Shown: in pieces, positions 19,683 through 31,000 of the stretch
Layout of the letters: every line of letters starts with the position of its first letter
Position numbering within the stretch: position 1 is the stretch's first letter
IMG/VR virus record: IMGVR_UViG_3300032267_000768
Span: 1-62,084 of that record
DNA from: a virus
Lineage: Duplodnaviria > Caudoviricetes
Reading direction: 5' to 3' (one strand)
DNA: 62,084 nt
Position numbers and translations under genes: made by a program
Notes under the pieces: generated by a model
Seen by the model: only the letters and a program-made list of their open reading frames with translations
What the model was told of the DNA's origin: nothing
The model's database searches: none

Positions 19683-20252
19683 ATGTATGAAATAAAAAAA
19701 TATACTAATGACCTCGATCTGTCTTTCTTTTACCAGCGATGCCAAGAAAAAGGATTTTTAAACAATGCTTCACAAAAAAGACTGATTGATTCTTTTAGTA
19801 AACAAAAATATTTTAATTTGTGGATCTTATTTTATGATAATTTACCTGTTGGTTCAACTGCTGTTCACGACTTCGATGAAGTAATGGGAGAAAATAGTTA
19901 TAGAATTTGTGTGAGAACTTGTGCGTTGACTGAACTATTACCTATTAAACATATGAGAGCTAAAGACGGTATTACAAAACATCAAAATATTTGTTCTCAA
20001 ATTTTTATCCCGGTTACATTAGATGCTCTTCCCAAAGACAGCAAATATTATATTACATCATCCAATAAAGATGAGGCTAGTATGCAAAAGGTAAATGGTA
20101 TATGGGCCAAGCTATTGTCAAAACAAGGTGTAATAAAAAAAGTTAAAGATGTTTTTTACAGAGGTACCAATCAAACTGTGTGGCAATTGAACACTGAAGA
20201 ATTTATGAAACAAATCGATCGACACACAAAATGGGAGTATCAAACTGTATGA
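19683..20252 (+). CDS. Hypothetical protein, possible GNAT-like fold
   Basis: 189-aa ORF; LWILFYDNLPVGSTAVH..YRICVRTC pattern. Fold call is weak. Confidence 0.5.
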   Translation: MYEIKKYTNDLDLSFFYQRCQEKGFLNNASQKRLIDSFSKQKYFNLWILFYDNLPVGSTAVHDFDEVMGENSYRICVRTCALTELLPIKHMRAKDGITKHQNICSQIFIPVTLDALPKDSKYYITSSNKDEASMQKVNGIWAKLLSKQGVIKKVKDVFYRGTNQTVWQLNTEEFMKQIDRHTKWEYQTV

Positions 20253-20929
20253 TTAATATAATGTGTGTCAAATGGGGTGACAAATACTCCGCAGAATTTG
20301 TGAATAAACTATTTAATATGGTTGAAAAAAACATTTGCGGCACCCCATTCACGTTTTATTGCTATACCGATAATGGCAAAGACATTAACCCGTCTGTTAA
20401 AATTATTCCCATGCAGACTGATCTAACACAGTATTGGCCCAAATTAGAATTATTCAAACTGTTTAGACAAGGCACTAACATATTTTTTGATCTCGACGTG
20501 GTGATCTTACAACCTATGGAAAGATTGTTATCTGTAAAAACAAGAACAGTGTCTATTCTATACTCACAATGGAAAGAAGGTTTCTTATTACCTCATAAAA
20601 AAGCCAAGCCAGAAAACAAATATCCTACACAATATAACTCATCCATAATGAAATGGCAAGACAATCAAGGTGATGAAATATACAATTATTTTCAAAAAAA
20701 TAAAGACATGATATTGTTTAAGTATCGAGGTATAGATCGTTATCTATATCATGAACCTGTACAAATAGATTTGTTACCTACAGGTATTGCTTATTCTTAT
20801 TGGAAAGGTGCCAAGTATGGCAAAGACACCACACCTGAAAAATTAAGATTAGACTACGAGGTATGTATTTTAAACAACGGACCTAAACAAAATGAAGTAA
20901 ATTCTTGGGTCAACGATTATTGGCTATGA
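20249..20929 (+). CDS. Glycosyltransferase-like protein
   Basis: MCVKWGDKYS, WPKLELF, FFDLDVVI, YNSSIMKW. Probable start MINIMCVK by ATGA overlap. Confidence 0.75.
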   Translation: MINIMCVKWGDKYSAEFVNKLFNMVEKNICGTPFTFYCYTDNGKDINPSVKIIPMQTDLTQYWPKLELFKLFRQGTNIFFDLDVVILQPMERLLSVKTRTVSILYSQWKEGFLLPHKKAKPENKYPTQYNSSIMKWQDNQGDEIYNYFQKNKDMILFKYRGIDRYLYHEPVQIDLLPTGIAYSYWKGAKYGKDTTPEKLRLDYEVCILNNGPKQNEVNSWVNDYWL

Positions 20930-21624
20930 CAAAAATAATTGCTGTTAGAATAGGCACGAGATATGGTCCTGAATATGAGACCTATCTAGAATCTAAATTA
21001 CCTGAATATGAATTCAATTGGATTAGAGAACCTATAGCCGACAACATAAAACTGCAATGGAATAAAATGTATGGTATGGCTCTCGCACAAGACGAGCCTA
21101 TCTGTGTAATGGATATTGATGTCTTACTCATCAATGATTATAAAAAAATATTTGAATATCCTATTAAACCTGGACAATTTCTTGCTGCTCCGGGTTGGTG
21201 GAGAGATAAAACAGGAGAAAAAAATAGATTTAATATAAATGGAGGTTTTTACAAATATTATCCACGTGATTGCTATTACATTTATGAAAAATTCATGAGC
21301 AATCCTGAACATTGGCAGAAAAAATATATAGAAGAAGGATTCACTAGTGGTCCTGTTAATGGAGAACAACATTTCATTGAAGACAGTGCAAAAGAAAGAT
21401 TAGAATTAATTACACTACCAGATGCTTGGTTTTGTAGGATGGAAGCTAGACCCAAACCTTTTTCTAGACACACATTGGCTAATCTTAATAAAAAATATAA
21501 TGAAGTTACAGGAAATCCTTACATGTTTTTAGGCAATGAGTTCTATCCCGACATCAAGTTCGTACATTTTACTCATATGAGTAATCAACCACATCAGTGG
21601 GAAAAATACAATCTATTCGTATAA
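20926..21624 (+). CDS. Glycosyltransferase-like protein
   Basis: WNKMY, MDIDVLL, INGGFYK, GEQHF, FVHFT. Probable start MTKII by ATGA overlap. Confidence 0.7.
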   Translation: MTKIIAVRIGTRYGPEYETYLESKLPEYEFNWIREPIADNIKLQWNKMYGMALAQDEPICVMDIDVLLINDYKKIFEYPIKPGQFLAAPGWWRDKTGEKNRFNINGGFYKYYPRDCYYIYEKFMSNPEHWQKKYIEEGFTSGPVNGEQHFIEDSAKERLELITLPDAWFCRMEARPKPFSRHTLANLNKKYNEVTGNPYMFLGNEFYPDIKFVHFTHMSNQPHQWEKYNLFV

Positions 21625-22101
21625 AAATTTACCTGCTATATACAGAGATTCTAGAGGAGTTTTTGCTTCGCGAAGTTTTTTCTTCAATTCAGTATTGTTA
21701 GATTGTGTTACTTCCGGGAGATCAAATATTTTTAATTTTAAATTAAACAATAAATCTGTACCTACATCTCCTGCAAGTGGATTAAACAGATTATCAACTG
21801 TTAACTTTTCTTGTGGATTATGTATCAGGGGATCATAAACTAATCCGTATTTTAAAGCAATATCCTTCACATAAATCTCAAACGTTTGACTGTTTAATTT
21901 TCTTTTTTGGTCTGTCATTTGATAAATTTCGTCAGGAGTAAAAGTTTCTAATAATTTTTTATAAAGTTTGTTATCGAGATCTGTTTTAATTGCAATCTCT
22001 TTGTGCTTCTTAGTATTTTCGCTGTACCATGTAGCAAAAATTAAATTCTGTTTGCTACTGGCATACACAGCATGAGTAAATCTACCGTTGTCTAAAATCA
22101 T
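21613..22101 (-). CDS. Hypothetical protein
   Basis: 162-aa ORF downstream of 22105-23082 on the same strand. Confidence 0.7.
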   Translation of the reverse strand: MILDNGRFTHAVYASSKQNLIFATWYSENTKKHKEIAIKTDLDNKLYKKLLETFTPDEIYQMTDQKRKLNSQTFEIYVKDIALKYGLVYDPLIHNPQEKLTVDNLFNPLAGDVGTDLLFNLKLKIFDLPEVTQSNNTELKKKLREAKTPLESLYIAGKFLYE

Positions 22102-22104
22102 TAA

Positions 22105-23082
22105 TTATATTTGATTAACTTTTAATTCGTATGTGCTTATAATTGTGCTGGATCCATCTGGAAATTCTTGGGCTCTATAATCATCACCACCTGCTCCAAG
22201 CGTTTGATAAACACCAGCGCCGCCTTCCAATCGAGTGTCTGTCATCGCAGTGCCACAGGTAGAGCCACTACCATTGATGGAATAACGTAATCTATATCCT
22301 TCTACATTAGCTGCCATATAACGTATAATCGATTGAAACACAGTGTTCCAAGTTTCTGTGCTTGGAGTAATAATATTTCCTGTTGATGTTAATCTAGCCG
22401 GTGCTTGATAAGCAGGTGTAACATAATTTTTTTTGTGTAGATAATAATTTTGTATTTCTTGTGTGGTTGTGGAGTCTTCGGTTTCTGGAATTTCAGCTGC
22501 GTTATAGCCTGCAGGGTTAGCTCTAGTGTCTAAAAAAAATGGAGTTTCGTCGCCACTAACTTCTGTATATCCTGCTTCTGTTGTACTGGTTGACACTGTA
22601 TATACAGCACCTCCCACAGAAAGATCATTTGTAACAACAGCTTCTGCAAAAGTATCGTACATATCCTGCAGAGTCATTGATTTTAATATCGGTTGTGAAG
22701 CACCATCAGTGTAGTAATAGATTGGATATTCAATATTACTAGCATTGGTTGGCTGAGTCACTGATTCAATTGTTTGATTTAATCTATCATACTCTACTGT
22801 TTGTATTTGCGGTTCCTGTGTTGTTTCTTCGTTTGGAAAAGTAGTGGGATCGGTAGAATAAGCACCCGCTACCAATCTAGTATTTGTCATTGCACTATTG
22901 TCAGGCAATCTCATATTACCACCACCGGAAGGAATAACATTTAATCTCACGGATGGAGATTGAAAATACAATTGTTTAAAAGCATTTTTGACTGCAGTAA
23001 TTTGACCTGCGGACATCTGTTTTAAAATAGGCGTAGAAGCAGATGATGTATCATCATGATATAGGGGTGTTCTAACTGCCAT
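22105..23082 (-). CDS. Putative virion structural protein
   Basis: MAVRTPLY N-terminus, internal repeats (PILKQMS/PILKSMT; MTNTRL/DTR/MTDTRL), DDYRAQEFP C-terminus. Confidence 0.6.
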   Translation of the reverse strand: MAVRTPLYHDDTSSASTPILKQMSAGQITAVKNAFKQLYFQSPSVRLNVIPSGGGNMRLPDNSAMTNTRLVAGAYSTDPTTFPNEETTQEPQIQTVEYDRLNQTIESVTQPTNASNIEYPIYYYTDGASQPILKSMTLQDMYDTFAEAVVTNDLSVGGAVYTVSTSTTEAGYTEVSGDETPFFLDTRANPAGYNAAEIPETEDSTTTQEIQNYYLHKKNYVTPAYQAPARLTSTGNIITPSTETWNTVFQSIIRYMAANVEGYRLRYSINGSGSTCGTAMTDTRLEGGAGVYQTLGAGGDDYRAQEFPDGSSTIISTYELKVNQI

Positions 23083-23102
23083 AAAAATTCCTGCTGTAAA
23101 CT

Positions 23103-23131
23103 ATAGTAAACAAATAATAAGACATTGTCAA
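23103..23131 (-). promoter_or_regulatory. sigma70-type promoter
   Basis: TTGACA(23131-23126)-17 nt-TACTAT(23108-23103); the -35 lies in the inverted repeat ACATTG-t-CAATGT (23122-23134). Confidence 0.65.
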
Positions 23132-23144
23132 TGTTAATAAAATA

Positions 23145-24368
23145 TTAAGTGTTAGAGCCTGGAGCATACATTGTGGTTAGCGTTGCACCGCTTGAATCTA
23201 AAATACTTAAAGTAATTTTGCTTTTGAACATGTTACCACTGATCGAAGCATTACCGTTGGTATCACCGGTAGTAACCACTGACCCTGATCGATCAGGCAG
23301 AGTGATTGTGTTGGTTCCTGTGGGTTCGGCTACTGTTAGAACAGTTGAATTACTGTCATCGATAGTTCCATTAAATGCTATAGTTCCGCCATCATTAACT
23401 TCAATGCCTGTGGTTGTAACTGCTCCTGTTATTGGTCCTGTAAAAGCTGTGGCATTCACTGTGCCACTAACATCTAGTGTTGAAGAAGGAGTAATTGTGC
23501 CAATACCTATTCTCGAAGTGGCTCCATCAATGGTCATTACTGTGGTTACTGCACCACCGTCTTTAATTGTAAAAGTGATATCTGCATTATTGGTATTGTT
23601 AATTATAGAAACATTGCCGTTTGATTCAACTGTAATTCTAAAATCATCATCAGCACCTATCTGTAGTCCTTCATCATTTTTAATATTAACTTTTCCTGTA
23701 AGGTTTCCACCTGTTTTTAAATAAAAATTGTCGGGATCTACACCAGCTAAACTGCTGGCACTTGATGCTGTACCAGCAAATGCTACTCCTACTATATCTT
23801 CTGTAAGGGTTATTCCTTTTTTAATTGTAGGAAATCCAGGAATAGAAATTTTAGGAATAAATTGTTCTTCGCTGATAATTGCTATAAGCACATTGTTATT
23901 TTTTAAATAGGTTATATTTTTTAATTGATCAATTGATGAAAGAATTGTATCAAAACTAAAACCACTGTCTGTAGTTGCTGCTGGACCAACTAAAACATCG
24001 TCAGTACCATTATTAAAATATAGTTGTTGAGTTGTAGAATTAACCCATAAATCTCCAGCATTTAATCCAACCGGAGCAGTATTTTGATAGTTTGCTCCTC
24101 CTACTGGTTGAAATGAGGTACCTGTAAATATTTTTAATTTTTGTGTGCTAGAATCATACCATAACTGTCCTTTGATAGGTTTACTCGGTGCATTTGAATT
24201 GCTAAAATTTTCTAAAAGATGTAAGAAATTTTCTGCTACAATTTCTCCATAACCGGCATATCCTTTTCCTATTAAAGAAATATTTGTTTGAGTATTTAAA
24301 ACAGAATCTTGTACTGTGTATTGATTGGGTGATTCTGTTGAGTCTGTTTTATTTACTGTATAAGGCAT
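23145..24368 (-). CDS. Tail fibre protein (paralogue)
   Basis: YTVNKTD..GKGYAGYGE..GQLWYD; RIGIGTITPSSTLDVSG. Confidence 0.8.
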   Translation of the reverse strand: MPYTVNKTDSTESPNQYTVQDSVLNTQTNISLIGKGYAGYGEIVAENFLHLLENFSNSNAPSKPIKGQLWYDSSTQKLKIFTGTSFQPVGGANYQNTAPVGLNAGDLWVNSTTQQLYFNNGTDDVLVGPAATTDSGFSFDTILSSIDQLKNITYLKNNNVLIAIISEEQFIPKISIPGFPTIKKGITLTEDIVGVAFAGTASSASSLAGVDPDNFYLKTGGNLTGKVNIKNDEGLQIGADDDFRITVESNGNVSIINNTNNADITFTIKDGGAVTTVMTIDGATSRIGIGTITPSSTLDVSGTVNATAFTGPITGAVTTTGIEVNDGGTIAFNGTIDDSNSTVLTVAEPTGTNTITLPDRSGSVVTTGDTNGNASISGNMFKSKITLSILDSSGATLTTMYAPGSNT

Positions 24369-24373
24369 CTAAA

Positions 24374-25039
24374 TTATTCCGTAAATGTTGTTAATGATTG
24401 TATCCTCAACGTATAATCTATCTGTATTAATCTATTCAAACTTTTTTGTACAGGGTGAAATATTACGTGTGTCAATAATTTATTAGTGCTTCCATTTTCT
24501 GTGCCTTCCCAAGATTTTAATCCTAGTTCATCAAACACATAAGTGTCATTAAAATCTGTTGTATTATCAAATGCTGACTGTCCAGCCGGTTCACCGTAGT
24601 CCAATGTACAAGTTACAATGATGTCTGTATATTTGTTTCCTGTAGTATGTCTCACTTCCATTTTATTTCTTGTGGTATCTTTGTTAGATGATGAATTATT
24701 GTCTACTACTTTATAATATGTTTGATTGTATAGAGTAGCATTGCTACCTGATGTGTTAGGAGTTAGATATGTTATAATTCCTGTAGGATCGACAGTAGTT
24801 CCACCATTTCCAAATGCCATCTCATGAACGAATCCTGTGGTCTTATGTGCCAAACTATTAGCAAGTGCTATACTCATGTTTTCATAATGAATAGCATTTC
24901 TTTTGTCCACTATTACTTCACCGGTGGTCGGATCCCATATTTTAATATGACCTTCTACTTTAATTCCTGAATTATCTTTTGGTTTGGATTCTTTCATTTG
25001 TTTTTCATTGGTTAATTCTTGTTTAGCATGCTCTGTCAT
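24374..25039 (-). CDS. Baseplate / fibre-attachment structural protein
   Basis: GHIKIWD, MAFGNGG, FDELGL, LLTHVIFHPVQKS. Start revised to 25039 (ATAAATA 7 nt upstream). Confidence 0.65.
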   Translation of the reverse strand: MTEHAKQELTNEKQMKESKPKDNSGIKVEGHIKIWDPTTGEVIVDKRNAIHYENMSIALANSLAHKTTGFVHEMAFGNGGTTVDPTGIITYLTPNTSGSNATLYNQTYYKVVDNNSSSNKDTTRNKMEVRHTTGNKYTDIIVTCTLDYGEPAGQSAFDNTTDFNDTYVFDELGLKSWEGTENGSTNKLLTHVIFHPVQKSLNRLIQIDYTLRIQSLTTFTE

Positions 25040-25049
25040 TTCGTTATAT

Positions 25050-28000
25050 TTATTCAGGTACATTTGTTGGTTCTCCCGCTATGAATTTGGCCTGTGCTGT
25101 GTTGGATTTACCCAATCCTTTACCATCAGCAGCAGTTGTTTCTCCCCTATTATACCATATTTGTCCACGTTTTTGTATAATTTTTACTTCTGTACCAGCA
25201 GCAGGTTGCTCGCTTAATATAATATTGGCTGAGCTACCATCCCATGTGTTTACTGTGTAATTGGCACTGCTGTCTTCATTAAGATATGGTAATCGTCTTC
25301 CTCCCACAAAAACATCAACCTCATGAGGAGAATTCAACGATTGTGATGAAATAAATGCTGTGGTTGATCCATCAGCAATGTGTTTTTTAGTATATATTGT
25401 GTCAGCATATGGAACAGTTTGTTGACCAGATGCATCAACTACTGATGCTCCAGAAATATGATTTTTAATTGCTGTTCCTAGAGTACCTCTTCTGATATTA
25501 GATAGTGTATTACCATCTTTATAAAGATATTCTATTCTTTCATTGTCAATAAAGATTACTCCTGGTAACAATGTACTACCATCCACAGATTTCAACACAC
25601 TGCCATCGGTTACTGTGATTGTTTTGTCATCAATTGATAAATTTGTTGTCAGTGTTGTTGTGTTTGTTTGACTGATTCTCTTATAGAATGTTCTATTGAG
25701 CATGTCTTTAAATATTCTAAAGCCAGTAGAAAAATTGTTACCTTCGGTAACAAAATACATTATATCAATTCTGTCATTAGATGTTAATAATCTCGTGATT
25801 GTGATCTTATTATCTGTTATTATCCAATCAAACCCCTGTACTAGATTTTCTCCATTTGCCCAAACAAATACATAATCGTTATTCAACGGAGTTTGAAACA
25901 GATAATATTCTCCAGAGTCGTTACCTTTAAACTTTTCTCTGCGTTGATTCATGCCCACAGCATTATTAAATGTTGTTGCTGTAATAATATCTCCTTCAGC
26001 AAGAGTGATACCATCTAGAGTCATGTTGTCTGGTTGTAAAACTATTTGATCATTTTTATCAAAGTAATGCGTTCCTACCTGTGTGGATATAGCAATTAAA
26101 TCCAAATTTGCTGGTGCATCATTAAATATAATTGATTTCGTATCAATATTAACAGCGTAATCACTAAATCGATCTTTCTTAATACCATTTAGGTATACTC
26201 TGACCTTGCTGGGATCAATTATTGTTCCTCCTGGATTACGCAATAATCCAAATCTATAAACACTAACAACAGTGCCTGAACCTGATGTTGAACTTGCGTT
26301 GAACGATATTGTACTTCCAGATATTGAACTACTAAATGATAATTGATCTGATCCTTTGGTGCTTAGGTGCGGTGCGGTGTTAGTATATATTTGTGAAGAA
26401 CTTGCCACTAATGTCACTTCCGATATCGATGCTGCTCCTTCACTTGCATTGTACGCTGTCACAATATAATGAGCTCCGATATAATCAGAAATTTGAAAAG
26501 TGTCTATTTGGGTTTCACCGCTTGAGATTACAGTGTTTCCAACAACATTACTTCCATCATTAGTGTCTCCATCACTCAGCAATATTCTATAAGCTCTAAC
26601 TCTACAATCACCCACATTAGATGACATTAATAATCTCACTTTACCTGCGGCTATATCACTCGAAATTGTGACCATATCCGATGCTCCTGTGTTCACTATG
26701 TTGTACGAGGTAACATATGCGTTTGTCCCATCATGCACTAGTAATGCTTCTATATTGCTTTTTTTTACAGGACCAGTGATGGTCTCTACTGATATAAAAT
26801 ATTTGGCTCCTCTACTAGTGTTTTTATCCCAACCCGGCGTTTCTAATGATACCGTGGCAGAATCTAACAAAGGTAGGTTAATTGTTACAGACGTTCCTAT
26901 AGTATCTACTGTGTTATCACCTAGGCCTATTCTATACCAAGAAACAGAATTTAATGTAGAACTACCCGTACCCGTCAATGACACCAAACCCGAACCTATT
27001 GAACCATCTGTGGTGATATGTTCAGCTATTCCGGTTGAAGTGATAGATGAAGAGCTTACAAAAACATTTGTGTTATCATGAACTAAAGAATATTTAGCAG
27101 TGGCTAATTCTCCTGAAACTTCGTCTCTTGTGATGGCCATATACCAAGCACTGTCGTATTCTGTTTGTAACCACGAGTCTATTGCCGTGGGGTCATTAAG
27201 GATTCCAGTTTTTTCACCAGATTTTACGTCCACATATCCTGTGGATGTGCTGTCATCTTCTGTGGATCCTGCATAGTCAACAAATGAAAAAGCATTGCTG
27301 GATCCATCACCTAGATAGTAAGTGTTGTCGGGTCCTCTTAAAATTTTTCCTTGATGCTCCAGTATGGTTAAACTTGAATAGGGTTCTATTGAACCAGGAG
27401 GATATGACAATGTGTAAGTGTCTGTGCTGCCATCATACACAATCTGTTGTGATCGAATCTCAGAGTATGCTCTTCCGTTGCCTGCAGGTTGATTGAAAGA
27501 TGCGACCTGTACGCTGGTGCCTGCGGCTGGAGGATTTGCTGTGGATCCATCTCCTGTGTGTAAACTTATGGTTATATCTCTATTGTTTACTGTATAAGTG
27601 TAATCTGTAGTAGGAACACCATCTACAGTAACAAATAATTGACTCATCGAGCTGTCTAATTGATAAGTTTCTCTACTCTTAGTTGCAAAAGAATATGTGG
27701 ATCCATCTCCAACGAATGTATCGAGAACCATATAGTTGCTGCCAGATATAGCAAAACTTTTTATAGAAATTTTACTGCTAACTGCTGGTGCTGATGCAAA
27801 TGTAATTGTTTTGTTTTGAATATCTACTGTGTATTCAGAATTTAATGTCTGTGTTACTCCGTCTAAAGAAACTACCACAGATGATTGTGTACCTGCTAGT
27901 TGTCCTATTGAGAATAAGGTAGTTGATGCATCTCCGATATAATTTTTATGTATAATAAAAGGCACACCCGATGTTGGAGCAGTGTAAACTCGAATATCTA

Positions 28001-31000
28001 CAGTATCAAAAATGCTACCAGGTAAATTTTCTTCTGGAGCATAGCTGGTTTCTGGTGTAATAAAAGCATCTCCTTCCACAATAATATCACTAGGCGATAC
28101 TCCTAATGCTGATTTAAATAATCCTCCTGTGATTAGAGTATCCAAAGTCTTATCATCGGTGGGTGTTAAAACTCCATCATCATCAAACGGTATCAATTCA
28201 ATAACTGTATTTGCAGGAGTAGGATTACCATCGTCACCTAAGATGGTAAAAGTCTTAGTTGTGCCATCTCCTCTTAACACTTGTGTTCTCTGTCTGACTC
28301 TATTAACATTTGCCATAGCAGCGGGGTATTGTACTGATGAATCACTGATATCAGTAAAATAAACTGTGTATACGTCTGTTGGTTGAGGAGCGTAATCAAA
28401 AGTAAAGCTGGTTGTAGTACCGTCTCCGTAGAATATTTTGACTCTACTTAAACCAAAACTATCCCATGGCAAGTCATACCATGGAGATCTATCCCAACCC
28501 TGACCGTTATCAAAAGCTAATCCTGTAACCATAACTCCACCGTAGTCTACTCCTGTCATCACTTGAGATAATTCATTACCTGGCATACCAGCATCTGGAG
28601 CATACAATCCAAGCGTTCTTTCTGCTGCTGTAATGTATGGTTCGTCTCCTCTTAATCTTGTAAGATTTGTTAATCCTTCATCAAAAGTTTCTGTACTGGT
28701 GTATGTTGCAATAACTTTATAAAGTTTATTGTCATGCCTAATTAAATCATTATAAGCATAGGTAGTATTGCTAGTCCATTGTAACACTGTGGCTGTGGAT
28801 TGTACTCTGTCAAATTTGATTGTAGTACTGATATCTCTTACAATATCATTTCTAAGATTTGCATATGCTCTTGCCGAATTTACAGGAGTATTGCCATTAG
28901 CACCACCTCCTGTTATAATAACTCTAGGTATTGAAGTATATTTTGTTCCAGCAGTTAATACAACTATTCTAACCACTGCTCCTTCTTTGATCACTGCTCT
29001 AGCTGTGGCTTGTGTCACATCAGACAATGTGTAAATTTCATAACTTTCAGGTCTGTCTGTAATAGCAATGTTTTGTCCTGTAGTAGGCATGTAAAAATCA
29101 ACACTAGAAAACTCATTAAATTTAAATAACTCACTCGTTCCTGCTCCGCCTGCTTGTGAGTCAGCAAGGTCAGCATCTACTTTGGCTGTATATAATGGAT
29201 AAAAATATCCATATTGGCCGGAAGAAGCACCTTGTGTACTGGTTCCTAACACTGTAAATGGTCCAACTGTTTTTATGGTTCCTCCGACTAGTGTAACTGT
29301 GGGAGCAGTGATATAGCCGCTACCACCATCTATCACTGTGATAGAGTCTACATATTTTTTATAATTGTCTCTCCAAAAACGATAAGGATATGTGCTTAAT
29401 ATTGCCGCATCATTGGATATGTTAACATTTCTAATAGTATCTCCATCATAGAAAGCAGGCAAATCAAAATCTGTATAGATACCGTCCTCAGTATCTAATC
29501 CAGTATAACCTAATTTATATTCTCTAATTTTGGTATGATATGGTTTTATTTCGTTAATATACTCTTCAACATAATCTTCTGTGGTAACTCTATAACTTTT
29601 TCTTTGATCTAATTCTCTTAAAACATTAGATACATTAATAAATGATGTTTTTATTAACCAATCTACATATTTTTGTTGTTCTAAAACTTTTCTTAAACCT
29701 ATAAAGAAAATATTATTATATTCTACTTTTAAATCTCCTATGAATAAATCATCTCTTATAGCTGTTAATATTTTTCTTAACTCTAATTTAGGTTCGGAGT
29801 CAAAGAAATTAACATCAAATGCATCTTGACCATCAAACCCTGTGTTATCGATTGAATAATCATACAGTGACGTTTTTAATTGAATAGTACCATTCTGTGT
29901 AGCAATGTTCTTGAATCCTTCTGCGGTGCTTTCAAATATTTTCCAACCACCAGTATCGGCTGTTAAAACTTTAACATATTTGCCATTGTCTAGAGATAAT
30001 GCATCTAATTCATACTGATAATTTAATTGTTTCTCAATAATAGCATTAGAATCAAATGATTCATCATACCAATCAACACGATCATAATAAGCACTGGTCT
30101 TGTAGGTTTGTAATTTAGTTCTAACCCATTCAGCGCCATTCCAATTATAGATAGCCCAAAAACCTTTACTAAAAGTTTGATCATTTTTTACTAATATATT
30201 TGTTGTACCGCTGATATCTCTAGTATCAATATATGTTAAATCATCATAGGTTTCTACTGTGTCATCCCATTCCCTAGATATAGCATTTGGTTCAGCTTCT
30301 GCTGAATTTAAATTATCATATCTAATATTATCTGCCAATTGATTTTTTGCTAATACCGAATTAACATAATCTATAATTTCTTTTAGTGCATTAAATCTAT
30401 CCACATACCAGCTCTGTCTTGGTCTAACTTTATTACCATATTTTTGATTTAACGGCAATGCAATATCTGGAACTTCGTTGCCTGCTTCGTCTGAACCAAT
30501 CAAACTATCCCACCACTTCTTTTCAATCTGTGTATTAGGTGCGTCGTCTTTGTCTCCTTCTTTAATCAGTTTCCAAACATAATGAGAATCACCTTCTTTA
30601 ATTGTATCTTTATAGGTAATATTCAAAACAGTGTTGTCATTAATGATATCGTTTTTAATATTAAATGCAATTAACTTGTTTGTTCCTGACACTGCAAAAT
30701 ATCTAATTCCTGCTGCTTTTGGATTGTTTATTATATTGGCTATGTAACCGGTGGTATTTTTTCTAGTAACAACACTTTTTGCAATGTTGGGTAAGAATAC
30801 ATTATTTTTTACCCAATAATAATAATAATTTATAAATCCATCTGAACGAGAATCATATTTTTGTCTCAACGTAAACACAGTGTTATCTGGATATAACGGT
30901 TTTCCTGATACTTTCTGACTTAATCCTACAGCAGTATCTGCTAATTGATTCCACTCCGATGGCAATAGTGTAGTTTCTACCCATTCATAAATGTCAATTT

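Noticed and set aside
23149-23724. Long antisense ORFs (also 12707-13033, 16927-17358, 26668-27081, 43723-44130, 57589-57975, 60270-60641)
   Set aside because: They are shadows of real genes on the opposite strand, with no RBS or motifs; expected from codon bias.
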